Program-made: the position numbers and the translations under genes
Source: Lentisphaeria bacterium
GTDB lineage: Bacteria > Verrucomicrobiota > Lentisphaeria > JABSQK01 > JAWLHB01
Assembly (NCBI GenBank): GCA_041690595.1
Contig: JAWLHB010000017.1
Span: 124,001-151,471 of the forward strand
Direction of reading: 5' to 3'
DNA length: 27,471 nt
The notes under the pieces: model-generated
What the model was told of the DNA's origin: nothing
The model's database searches: none
The model's input: only the letters and a program-made list of their open reading frames with translations
In this document: in pieces, positions 1 through 8,403 of the stretch
Numbering within the stretch: position 1 is the first letter of the stretch
Layout: every line of letters starts with the position of its first letter

Positions 1-111
1 ACCAATTACGGGCTCTGCATCGCCTACACGCTGGGAACGTTCGATCGGGCGCTGCGGCCGTTTCCGCATGCCTATGAGGTTTATCGCGAAGCCCTCGCCG
101 CAGTGCAATGA
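1..111 (+). CDS. hydF: C-terminal fragment of [FeFe]-hydrogenase H-cluster maturation GTPase HydF (5'-truncated by the window)
   Basis: Frame +1 reads TNYGLCIAYTLGTFDRALRPFPHAYEVYREALAAVQ* with TGA at 109-111. This matches the characteristic HydF C-terminal pattern (I)TNYG.aIAy..G.l.RAL.PF. Not in the supplied ORF track. Confidence 0.8.
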   Translation, partial: TNYGLCIAYTLGTFDRALRPFPHAYEVYREALAAVQ

Positions 112-121
112 ATCGCGCCGT

Positions 122-2215
122 TCACCATCGATAGTTCATGGTAAGGACGAGGTTGCGGCCAGGCTCGTTGATACCGCTGCCATGGATACGCCAGCTCTCG
201 TCGGTGACGTTTTCCAAGGCAATGGCGAGGTCAAGATTGTCGGTCAGGGCGTATCCGGCCCTCAGGTCGAGCACTTCATAACCGGGGGTGCCGTCCGGCG
301 GAAAGCGGTTGTCGCCCCGCTCCGCGTCGGTCATCTTCTTCTCGTCATCGGCTATGGAGAGAACGGCTTCGATCCAGAGGGGGAGATGCGCGGGGGCATA
401 GCGGAGACCAGTGTTCAGCATGAGTGGATGCTGCCGTGAAAGGGGGCGCCAGGCTCTTGGTCCACTTAGATCCGCGTCGGCCCAGGTTAACTCGCGACCT
501 TCCTGCCAGGCGAAGCTGCCAAAGAGCAGCCATTGCTCGGTCAGCTTGCAGGAGGCACTCAGTTCGACGCCCTGATTGTAACCTTTGTCCAGATTGCGTT
601 TGGTAACGGGAGTTTCGAGGCGAAAGATCTGGTCGCGAATGTCGGTGTAGTACCAGACCGCCTGGAGGGCGGCCCGTGGCCAACGGCTCTTGATGCCGGC
701 TTCCCAGGTGGTAAATCGTTCGGAATCCAAGTCAGCGGTGGGTGCTTCAACTCCACCGCCGAACTCGCCATCGCGCGTGGCATCGGAAAGATTCGGGGCC
801 CGAAAACCCTGCGATACGCCGGCATACAGATTCAGGCGATTCTGGTCAAGCATGCGGTAGAGCAGCCTGCCGCTGGCAGTGACCGCGTCCCAATGACCGC
901 GCAATGGACGATCTTCGCCACTGAAGTTGACATGGCCGGCATCCATTTCGGCATAAGTGTAGCGTATGCCGGTCGTCAGTTCGAAGCGCTCGCCAAGGGG
1001 AAGCTCGTGCTGGATGAAGATGCCTGCCAGCGTATAGGTACTGTCGTCGGCGACTTCGCCTTGAATCCGGTCAATACGTTGACCGCTCTTGATGTCATGA
1101 CCGACCGCGGAGACGAAGTCGTGGTAAATGTCGGCGCCATAGTTCCAGGTGCCAAAGGCGGAGGGAGTCTGAAGACGCAGGCGGGCTCCCAACGTATCGA
1201 CGGTGGTGTGTCGGCGTTCCTGATCACCGCTGTGCTTGATTCGGTGGTACTCCTCAGCGATTCGCTGCCAGCTCAACTCCAAGTCGATCTCCTCGAAGAC
1301 TCCGGCGCCATTTCTGGATTCATAGCGAGTGAAGGCGGCTTCACGATCGTGGTCGTATGTGCGACGGAGGTCGGAGGTGCCACCTATGGTGCTGGTGCCC
1401 TCATGATCGAGATGGTGGATGGTGCGGTGAACGCGCTCGACGTCGTCCTGATCCCAGTGATCGATGCCAAAGACGAGTCTGGCGTCGTCATCGAACCAGC
1501 GAACCGCGCGCAGATTCCCGCCCCATTGCTCATAGGCGGTGCCAGGATTCCTCTCACCACCACCGGAAGTCAGATCGCCGAAATCCTGTCGGGTCAGCCC
1601 CAGCTTGAAGCTCCAGATGTCGTCAATGGCGAATGCTTGACGAAGGTGCTCGCTGAAGCTTTTTTCGGCACTGGAATAGCGCAGGAGGGCGGCGCCTTCT
1701 CCAGGCTGCAGGGCAGCCCCCTCCACGCCACGTGCCGGCAGACGGCTCCGCGCCAGAACGACACCACCGATAGCATCGCTGCCGTACAGGACGGAGGAGG
1801 GTCCCATGAGGAGTTCGACATCGTCGTAGAAGCAGGCATCGATCAGGCTCCAATATTGATTCGGCCCCTCTCGAAAGGTGGAGTTGTTCAGCCGTACGCC
1901 ATCCGACAGTAGCACAACCCGCTGGCCGGTGAAGCCGCGCAGGAAGGGGGAGGTCATACCGTGTCCCGTCTTCTGGTTCATGACGCCGGGCAGTTCCTGC
2001 AAGGCGTCGGCCAGATCCTTCACCTGAAGCCGAAGCCTGTAGTCCTCGGCCGTGCGACGGTATACGGTGTACGGCGCGTCCGCAACGCTCTGTTCATGGC
2101 GCGTGGCGACAACCACCACATCCTCCAACTCCACAAAAGGTTCTGTACGCATGCTATCCTCGCCCTGAACCATCCCTGCCACGAGAACCGCGATTGCCAA
2201 CCATCTGTATGCCAT
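122..2215 (-). CDS. TonB-dependent outer-membrane receptor (plug + beta-barrel); substrate unknown, possibly heme/iron or cobalamin class
   Basis: Signal-peptide-like MAYRWLAIAVLVAGMVQG from ATG 2215. TonB-box-like EDVVVVATR; plug motifs LADALQELPGV, LRGF, DGVRLN and GPSSVLYGSDAIGGVV; barrel motifs GFRAPNL and ENVTD; C-terminal PGRNLVLTMNYRW ending in an aromatic residue. The ORF-track start at 2416 runs through the promoter region and is unlikely. Confidence 0.93.
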   Translation of the reverse strand: MAYRWLAIAVLVAGMVQGEDSMRTEPFVELEDVVVVATRHEQSVADAPYTVYRRTAEDYRLRLQVKDLADALQELPGVMNQKTGHGMTSPFLRGFTGQRVVLLSDGVRLNNSTFREGPNQYWSLIDACFYDDVELLMGPSSVLYGSDAIGGVVLARSRLPARGVEGAALQPGEGAALLRYSSAEKSFSEHLRQAFAIDDIWSFKLGLTRQDFGDLTSGGGERNPGTAYEQWGGNLRAVRWFDDDARLVFGIDHWDQDDVERVHRTIHHLDHEGTSTIGGTSDLRRTYDHDREAAFTRYESRNGAGVFEEIDLELSWQRIAEEYHRIKHSGDQERRHTTVDTLGARLRLQTPSAFGTWNYGADIYHDFVSAVGHDIKSGQRIDRIQGEVADDSTYTLAGIFIQHELPLGERFELTTGIRYTYAEMDAGHVNFSGEDRPLRGHWDAVTASGRLLYRMLDQNRLNLYAGVSQGFRAPNLSDATRDGEFGGGVEAPTADLDSERFTTWEAGIKSRWPRAALQAVWYYTDIRDQIFRLETPVTKRNLDKGYNQGVELSASCKLTEQWLLFGSFAWQEGRELTWADADLSGPRAWRPLSRQHPLMLNTGLRYAPAHLPLWIEAVLSIADDEKKMTDAERGDNRFPPDGTPGYEVLDLRAGYALTDNLDLAIALENVTDESWRIHGSGINEPGRNLVLTMNYRW

Positions 2216-2250
2216 AGCCCCACCCCCATGTTGGTGATTAGATATCACGA

Positions 2251-2273
2251 ACATTATAAAGTCTTTATAATGT
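2251..2273. promoter_or_regulatory. Perfect 11-1-11 inverted repeat, candidate repressor operator
   Basis: ACATTATAAAG-T-CTTTATAATGT, an AT-rich perfect palindrome in a GC-rich background. It lies 36-58 bp upstream of the receptor start and overlaps the predicted -10 and spacer. Confidence 0.75.
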
Positions 2274-2280
2274 CTATCAA
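2253..2280 (-). promoter_or_regulatory. sigma-70-type promoter for the TonB-dependent receptor
   Basis: Minus strand TTGATA (2280-2275) - 16 nt - TATAAT (2258-2253). Confidence 0.6.
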
Positions 2281-2433
2281 GCGGAATTTGCAGAAAAAGA
2301 CAGAATGAAGCAAATGCGGCTGGGCTCCCACGGAAGAAAGCTGTGCCGCTATGCAGGAAATACCCTTGTTGCCGCTGAAGCGAAAGGCTACCTTGGCAAG
2401 GTTGCTTCATCATCAACTTTCTGGAGGCTTGTC

Positions 2434-4668
2434 ATGGTCCGTTTGTCACTCTACTGCCTGCTGATTGGGCTCTGCACATTTGGCCAGAACATGCGCCTGC
2501 TTGATGAGTTCGGTGATATTTCGTCGCCGCAAGGCGCCCAGGCGGCATTGGATACAGGATTGCGGACGCTGTTGAACGAGGGGGGCGGAATGCTGCTGGT
2601 CCCCGCCAATGCGCCGCCGGCGCTGCGCATCGAAAACTGGGCACAGACTGACCGCAATGGGCCGGGGGTGACCGTGATCGATACGCGCGGAGGCTTTGTC
2701 ACCTGGCACCTGCCGCCGATGGGAAAACACAAGACCGGGGTCTGGGCAGGCAGCCGCTTGACGCGGACGGTCAATACAACCCCGCATGCCACCCAACTGC
2801 CTTTTCAGGGCGTGCACTCCACGCAGTCGATTCAGAACTACATCGTGAGCGGCTCATCATCGTACATGGCGGGTCTGGCGCGGCCGGTGAAGGCGGGCAA
2901 GGATGCGCGCCTGTATCCCGACCTGATTCGGGGGATCTACGTTGGGCAGTACTTGACGGTGACGAGCAGCGTGATCAGCTATTCACCACCTTACGACCGC
3001 ATCATCGTATCGTCCATCGGCTGGGACGACGAGTTGCAGCGAAACTACTTCACGGCGGATCTGGAGCACGATCACGAGGTGGGGCACCTCGTGTATAACA
3101 AGCATGTGGTCAACGGGTTGCAGATCGAAGGGTATTCGAACAGCGACAATCAGTCGATGGAGCTGCAGATTACACGTCGCCACTATGGTGTGGGAGACAG
3201 CTTCACCATCAGCGGCTCGACGCATTACATGAGCGACGTCTTCAGCGGCTTCGGCGATGAGGGTGCGATCACCGTCAATGCGGAAGTGGTGGGCGATCTG
3301 GATGGCTTTCACGGCACGGTCGAATCGATCGACTGGGAGAAGGACGAGCTGGTCTATGCGCCGGGCAAGACGATGCCGCACACGCTCAGCCCCTCGCGGC
3401 CGTTGATCAACATGAACGAGGCGAAGTGGATCACGAGCGGGAAGGTGCGGATCATGAACCACTATCGGCCCTGGCAGGGGCAGACCTATCCCAACGTGGT
3501 CGGCGGGCCGGGCAATGTCTACGCCTACCAGGGAGGCGCGATCATCGGCGATGCGGATTGTCCGTGGACGCGTGAGGTGGTGGGGCGCTTCTTTGCGGTC
3601 ACCGAGCCCACGGAGGTGCTGCAGGCGGGCGATGGATCGAGTGCGGGCGGCTATGCCCAGTTGCCGTCGCGGCCGATCTATCGCTGGTACCGCATCAACC
3701 GGTTCGAGGAGCTCGGCGATGGCAGCAAGCGCATTCACATCCTGCGGGTCCGGTGGTCGGCGGTGGCCGCGGGCTCTCCGAAGCTCTTTCTCGACGACAA
3801 CTACACGTGGCACGATCATGACCGGCCGCTTGCCTATGCCATCGCTCCGGGCGCGTGGGTATACGACATTTCGCGGGGCTGGGCAGATACGCTGCCGACA
3901 GGCGGCCACATCGAAGCGACGCATCCCCGCACGCTCAAGCTCACGGCGCACGGCGATCGGGGGACGGCATTCGACTTTGCCGCGGGAGATGCGATCGAGC
4001 AGCCTCCCGGACCGGACCCCTGGCATCCCGTGCCAATCCGCATTCGCACCTTCGACCAGTTGCCGACCACAATGGACGGGGCCTCCTTTCAGATCGAGAA
4101 CTACGGTCGTGTGCAGACGCCTTCGGCCATCATGATCTCCAGCCTGACGCGGCAGGCGGGGGATCTGGAGCGGCGGAAAGACGCCAAACCGGCATACGGG
4201 ACCATCCTGCGGGTACTCTCTCTGGCGGAAGTCGGTCTGCATTTCCAAAGCCCGATGCGTTCGGCAGCGATCCTCTTCGAACAAACGGAGGGGAATGAGC
4301 AGCGGATCCTGTGGCGGCGCAATGACGGGGGCACGGCGTCACTTTTCGTGGCGCCCGCGACGGGAGACTTCATGATGGGTGGCGATGTCAATCTTACCAA
4401 TCATTCGCTCAAGGTGACCCGCGGAATTTCGGGGACGACGACGGCTTCGGTGAATCTGCGCGGTATTTCCGTAACGGTTCCGGCTGGGGAGAGCAGCTAT
4501 CAGGTCCGTTTCAGCGCGCAGGAGCCGGACGCCACCTATGCAATCACCGCGCAACCTTCCTGGTTCACGCGGGACCGGCTGACGGAGAAGCGGCCGGACG
4601 GCTTCGTGATCGAATTCGAAACTCCCGCACCCGTCAATGCCAGCTTCGACTGGCACCTTATCCGTTGA
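2434..4668 (+). CDS. Large hypothetical exported protein, beta-rich, with tailspike/beta-helix-like N-terminus and tail-fibre/lectin-like C-terminal module
   Basis: GGAGG at 2423-2427 precedes ATG 2434. Hydrophobic N-terminus MVRLSLYCLLIGLCTFG. The segment DEFGD...AQAALD...GGGMLLVP resembles the start of pectate-lyase-3-like beta-helix proteins. The C-terminal VRF..QEPDATYAI...PSW...K.PDGF.IEF...FDWHLIR resembles small beta-sandwich ends of tail proteins. The CDS is confident; the function is not. Confidence 0.75.
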   Translation: MVRLSLYCLLIGLCTFGQNMRLLDEFGDISSPQGAQAALDTGLRTLLNEGGGMLLVPANAPPALRIENWAQTDRNGPGVTVIDTRGGFVTWHLPPMGKHKTGVWAGSRLTRTVNTTPHATQLPFQGVHSTQSIQNYIVSGSSSYMAGLARPVKAGKDARLYPDLIRGIYVGQYLTVTSSVISYSPPYDRIIVSSIGWDDELQRNYFTADLEHDHEVGHLVYNKHVVNGLQIEGYSNSDNQSMELQITRRHYGVGDSFTISGSTHYMSDVFSGFGDEGAITVNAEVVGDLDGFHGTVESIDWEKDELVYAPGKTMPHTLSPSRPLINMNEAKWITSGKVRIMNHYRPWQGQTYPNVVGGPGNVYAYQGGAIIGDADCPWTREVVGRFFAVTEPTEVLQAGDGSSAGGYAQLPSRPIYRWYRINRFEELGDGSKRIHILRVRWSAVAAGSPKLFLDDNYTWHDHDRPLAYAIAPGAWVYDISRGWADTLPTGGHIEATHPRTLKLTAHGDRGTAFDFAAGDAIEQPPGPDPWHPVPIRIRTFDQLPTTMDGASFQIENYGRVQTPSAIMISSLTRQAGDLERRKDAKPAYGTILRVLSLAEVGLHFQSPMRSAAILFEQTEGNEQRILWRRNDGGTASLFVAPATGDFMMGGDVNLTNHSLKVTRGISGTTTASVNLRGISVTVPAGESSYQVRFSAQEPDATYAITAQPSWFTRDRLTEKRPDGFVIEFETPAPVNASFDWHLIR

Positions 4669-4692
4669 TCAACACCTAGTGGAAGCACTCCC

Positions 4693-6429
4693 ATGAATGA
4701 TGCATTTGCCGTGAAGCGCCAGCAGATCTTCGAAGAACAGGCCAGGAAGTACCTGGAGCGGCTCGATCCAGAGACGGGGCTGGTGCGAAGCGCCGCCTTG
4801 ACCGGCCACAGCATGCACAGCCGCGCCGCGGGTTATGATGTGCGAAGCATGGCGGGCGCGATGACCTCCTGGGCCATGACCGGGCATGACGATGCCGCCT
4901 GGCGCGCCCTCTCGTTTGTCCTCGACAACCAGGACCTGGCGCCAGACAGCCTCACCTACGGCAATTTCAAGTGGCATACGGATTGGCCGATCGCGCTCGA
5001 CCCGAATGCGGTATCCTTCATCGTGCCGCATCTCTGGTACGTGCACCGGCATTGCGCCGAGCGGATGCCGCAAGAGCTTCTGGAGCGTCTGCGGGAGGGC
5101 ATGCGGCTGTCGCTCGAAGCGACCAATTGCCACCGCTGCACCGTCCACTATACCAACATCGTGCTGCTCAACCTGGCGGTACGCCTCTGCGTCGCGGATG
5201 CGCTGGACTGGCCGCGAGCACGCGCGATAGCGGGTTGGGAATGGGAGGAGTGGCGGAACGCGATCAGCCGTCTGGGGTTCATTCCGGAGTACAACTCGCC
5301 TGCTTATACAGCGGTGCAGATCGACGCGCTGGCCATCATGCTCGCCTGCAAGGCGGAGCCGGCCATGCACGATGAGATTCGGCGGGTCATGCGCCATCTG
5401 ATCACCGAAGCGGTAGCCAACTATCATCCGGCCATCGGCATGGTGACAGGACCGCAGAGCCGCGGCAACTACCATCACCGTGGCCATACCTACCTCGACA
5501 CCATCTATCATTTCGTGCTCGGCGCGCCGGAACCGACCGATGGTTGTCACCTCTGGCTGGGGGTGCCGCTGACGGCGGAGGATCTGCTTCCCGACGTGCG
5601 CCCGGATTCCTTGCCTCGCCTCAACGAAAACCGTGGCCCCGACTTCCGCCGGCTCAACTACCTGGCGCCGGACTTTGCGGTAGGGAGCGTGAATGGCCAA
5701 TGCCACATCACGAGCCACAATACTGCCTTTCATGTTGCCTTTCGCACCGAGGCGGAGCACTGTGCGTTCCCGATTGTCGCCAACGAGTATGCGCTTGTGG
5801 AGCGGCTCTTTGCCACGCAACGGGAAGGGCTTCTGCTCGGCGGCGCCATCTGGCGCATCGATCCGACGGCGGTCGCTCTCGATGACCAGCGCACGGGATC
5901 GTTCTCCGGCCTGAACACCGGACGGCCGGAACGGCTGATCCGCGACCCGGACTTTCGACCGGGCTTCACGGTTGCACTGGGTCCGGCGGCGTCGCTTTCC
6001 ATGAGAGGGGGCGATGGCCAAGCCCTGGCGGTCAAGCCTGGGGAGGTGCCATTGCAGGTTCTGGTCGTGACGACGCCCAGCGTGCACGTGGGCTGGCGCT
6101 GGTTCGGAATAGGCGACCAACGGGTGCAACTGGTCGATGATGAAGGATGCATGACCTTGGCGGTCAGCGGCAGCCGGGAGGGGCATGCGGTGAATGAGCG
6201 CGAGACTGCCGTCTGGAGCGGTTTTCTGCTCCATGTGGTGCCGGTGGACGAGATGAGCGCGGAGGAGCTTGCCGCCAGCCTTACCGCCGCCCCCGTCGTG
6301 GTGACGGCGGATGATGAGGGCTGGCAGGTGCAGGCGGGAGCGATGTCGGCAACCGTCGATGCCCGACCGGCTCTGATCTATGCAGTGGGGGATTATCGGG
6401 TGACCAGCAACCAGTGGATACGCGACTGA
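4693..6429 (+). CDS. Hypothetical protein, possibly an (alpha/alpha)-toroid + beta-sandwich polysaccharide lyase/heparinase-like enzyme
   Basis: 578-aa ORF starting 24 bp after the previous gene. The N-terminal half looks helical with motifs DPNAVSF, YTNIVLL, EYNSPAY and GPQSR; the C-terminal half is beta-rich. No signal peptide is evident. Confidence 0.7.
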   Translation: MNDAFAVKRQQIFEEQARKYLERLDPETGLVRSAALTGHSMHSRAAGYDVRSMAGAMTSWAMTGHDDAAWRALSFVLDNQDLAPDSLTYGNFKWHTDWPIALDPNAVSFIVPHLWYVHRHCAERMPQELLERLREGMRLSLEATNCHRCTVHYTNIVLLNLAVRLCVADALDWPRARAIAGWEWEEWRNAISRLGFIPEYNSPAYTAVQIDALAIMLACKAEPAMHDEIRRVMRHLITEAVANYHPAIGMVTGPQSRGNYHHRGHTYLDTIYHFVLGAPEPTDGCHLWLGVPLTAEDLLPDVRPDSLPRLNENRGPDFRRLNYLAPDFAVGSVNGQCHITSHNTAFHVAFRTEAEHCAFPIVANEYALVERLFATQREGLLLGGAIWRIDPTAVALDDQRTGSFSGLNTGRPERLIRDPDFRPGFTVALGPAASLSMRGGDGQALAVKPGEVPLQVLVVTTPSVHVGWRWFGIGDQRVQLVDDEGCMTLAVSGSREGHAVNERETAVWSGFLLHVVPVDEMSAEELAASLTAAPVVVTADDEGWQVQAGAMSATVDARPALIYAVGDYRVTSNQWIRD

Positions 6430-6469
6430 TCACCAATCCAAACCAGACATCAACGACGGCGTCCACCGA

Positions 6470-7258
6470 TCAGCGCACCAACTCCGGCCAGCGCTTGCGC
6501 ATGTCCCGCAGGCATTCGTGGAAGGGTGCGAGGTCGCCGTGGGCGCCGAATTCCACGCACAGGATGCCGTCGAATTCGGCCTTCTGGAGACGCGAAAAGA
6601 CCTCCTGCCACTGAACGGTACCCTGATTATACTTCAGGTGATCGTCGTGGACGCCCATGTTGTCGGCCAGGTGGATGTAGTTGAGGGCGGGACCGAGATT
6701 GTCGAGGAGTTCGAAGGGGGTATCGGTCATGTTGGCATGGCCGGTGTCGTAGCAGACTCGCAGGGATGGGCTGTCGAGCGAGAGCACCTCGTTGAATTCC
6801 CAGCTTTCGCTGAAGAGTTCCTGGCACTCCTTGTAGGCATAGGGATAATGATTCTCCAGGTTCAGGACGACGCCGGCCTCCTCAAACTCGCCGAGCACGC
6901 CCTCCAGGATATGACGGGTGATAGCGATGCCTTCGCGCTGATCCGGCCAGGAGCCTCCATGGATCACCAGGCCTTCGGTGCCGGTACTTTTGCACAGCGC
7001 CAGCCAACCACGGAGCGCCAGGTGGGCCTCATCCTCGCCCATCTGGGGGAGGTTCTCCCAGATATGTGCGGTCAGGGTGGCATCGTGTCGATCGCGGATG
7101 GCATCCAGATCGGCAATGTCCTGGCGGGTACAGTGCGGACGGGCAAATGAATTGTGCCAGGAGAACTCGACGCCGTCCAGCCCCAGCTCGCGAGCGCGTA
7201 AAAGGCTGCTGGAGACGGTCTCCCACGGAAAATGCAGGCCACTGATGACAAGTCTCAT
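6470..7258 (-). CDS. Sugar phosphate isomerase/epimerase family protein (xylose-isomerase-like TIM barrel, AP endonuclease 2 superfamily)
   Basis: Motifs GLDGVEF, VIHGG, LNLENH, YDTGHAN, YIHLADN..DDH and ILCVE form the typical metal-ligand set. Confidence 0.9.
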   Translation of the reverse strand: MRLVISGLHFPWETVSSSLLRARELGLDGVEFSWHNSFARPHCTRQDIADLDAIRDRHDATLTAHIWENLPQMGEDEAHLALRGWLALCKSTGTEGLVIHGGSWPDQREGIAITRHILEGVLGEFEEAGVVLNLENHYPYAYKECQELFSESWEFNEVLSLDSPSLRVCYDTGHANMTDTPFELLDNLGPALNYIHLADNMGVHDDHLKYNQGTVQWQEVFSRLQKAEFDGILCVEFGAHGDLAPFHECLRDMRKRWPELVR

Positions 7259-7282
7259 GGATGAAGTCCCATCGTGATTACG

Positions 7283-8251
7283 TTAGTTTCGACCGGCGAG
7301 GGCAAAGAGCCAGCGTTGATTGTCCACAATCGCGTCGCCCGTGATCGGCGTGCGGCCGGCCAGTGTGCGAGCTATATGCTGATGCATCATGTCGTCGCTT
7401 CGGTAGTCGCCATCCTCGTGGGCGATGCGGCTTCGATAGATGCCGTTGGCGTCGTTTTCGCCAAGAAGTTCAAAGTGGTGGCCATTGAGGCTGAGGCGGC
7501 GGATATTGGCGGGGCCGGCGCCTTCCGTATGGGCTGTGGTGAAGGTGCAGTCGAGCAGGCGCCGGCCGTCACAGCGGAGCGAGAAGGAGCAGGCGGCACG
7601 ATACCCGTCGAAGTCGCGGGTGATGCTCAGCGGGTCGATGGAGACGGGTGCGGCGGTCATGGAAGCGGCGACAGCCTGGGCGGCGGCGACCAGGTGGGGC
7701 GCCAAGTCCATCCAGAGCTGCATGGGATCCGGAGGGCGGCCGTGGGTCGGTGAAGCAAGCACACCATCGAAAGTCGTGATGGCTTCGTCTCCACGGGATT
7801 GGCGAAAGATACCCAGACACTCTTCCGCGGCTATCCAGTACTGGGAGCAAAGGCCGAGTTGGCGACCCAGTGAAGCGGCGAGCTCGACCAGCTCCGCGGT
7901 CTGTGCGATCAGCACTTGGCTGCTCAGCGCATTATCGTAGCAGAATGGCTTTTCACACAGCACATCGCATCCAGCTTCCAGGGCAGTGCGGACATGCGCG
8001 GTGTGACAGTTCATGGACGATGCCACATCGACCCATTCAGGTTGTTCACGGGCGAGCATCTCGTCGATATCGGTGTAGCCACCGCCCTCGTAAGGGAAGA
8101 GCTTGGCCATCTTCTCGGCGGCTTCGACAACGCTTTGCTCTGATGTGCCGGCATGCGCAAGGACCTGCGCACCGGCGAGATGCCACCAGCGGGCATGATG
8201 ACGGCCGATGCCGCGGGCACCAATGATAGCGACGGTGGGGGAATGAGCCAT
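7283..8251 (-). CDS. Gfo/Idh/MocA family NAD(P)-dependent oxidoreductase
   Basis: Rossmann motif VAIIGARGIGRHH, VLCEKP motif and DLAPH (DxxxH). An AAAGGAG Shine-Dalgarno lies upstream on the minus strand. Confidence 0.9.
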   Translation of the reverse strand: MAHSPTVAIIGARGIGRHHARWWHLAGAQVLAHAGTSEQSVVEAAEKMAKLFPYEGGGYTDIDEMLAREQPEWVDVASSMNCHTAHVRTALEAGCDVLCEKPFCYDNALSSQVLIAQTAELVELAASLGRQLGLCSQYWIAAEECLGIFRQSRGDEAITTFDGVLASPTHGRPPDPMQLWMDLAPHLVAAAQAVAASMTAAPVSIDPLSITRDFDGYRAACSFSLRCDGRRLLDCTFTTAHTEGAGPANIRRLSLNGHHFELLGENDANGIYRSRIAHEDGDYRSDDMMHQHIARTLAGRTPITGDAIVDNQRWLFALAGRN

Positions 8252-8283
8252 GACAATCTCCTTTCGACTGTTCGTTACCTCTC

Positions 8284-8312
8284 ACCATACTCACCGGCGC
8301 GTTCAGCTGCAA
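8284..8312 (-). promoter_or_regulatory. Possible sigma-70 promoter for the oxidoreductase-isomerase pair
   Basis: Minus strand TTGCAG - 17 nt - TATGGT. Confidence 0.3.
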
Positions 8313-8403
8313 GCCCCTCGCGCGCGCATGTTGCATTGGCCGCCATTGAACATAGAGTAAAGCCTGAACTGAACATGACATTACAGGAATAAGGTACCAG
8401 CAG

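Noticed and set aside
533..1912. 459-aa plus-strand ORF, and similar long antisense ORFs (2983-4284, 4669-6234, 8953-10440, 12613-13758, 14734-15810, 21520-22458, 23891-25129)
   Set aside because: Each lies antisense to a well-supported gene and shows no recognisable motifs. Such shadow frames are expected from high-GC codon usage.
2216..2433. Apparent overlap of the extended TonB receptor ORF (to 2416) with the extended 787-aa ORF (from 2305)
   Set aside because: Signal peptides and RBS positions support starts at 2215 and 2434, which leaves an ordinary 218-bp divergent promoter region.
8361..8370. AGCCTGAACT shared between this intergenic region and 20028-20037
   Set aside because: One 10-mer match among the intergenic DNA is about what chance predicts, and this copy lacks the palindromic left arm.
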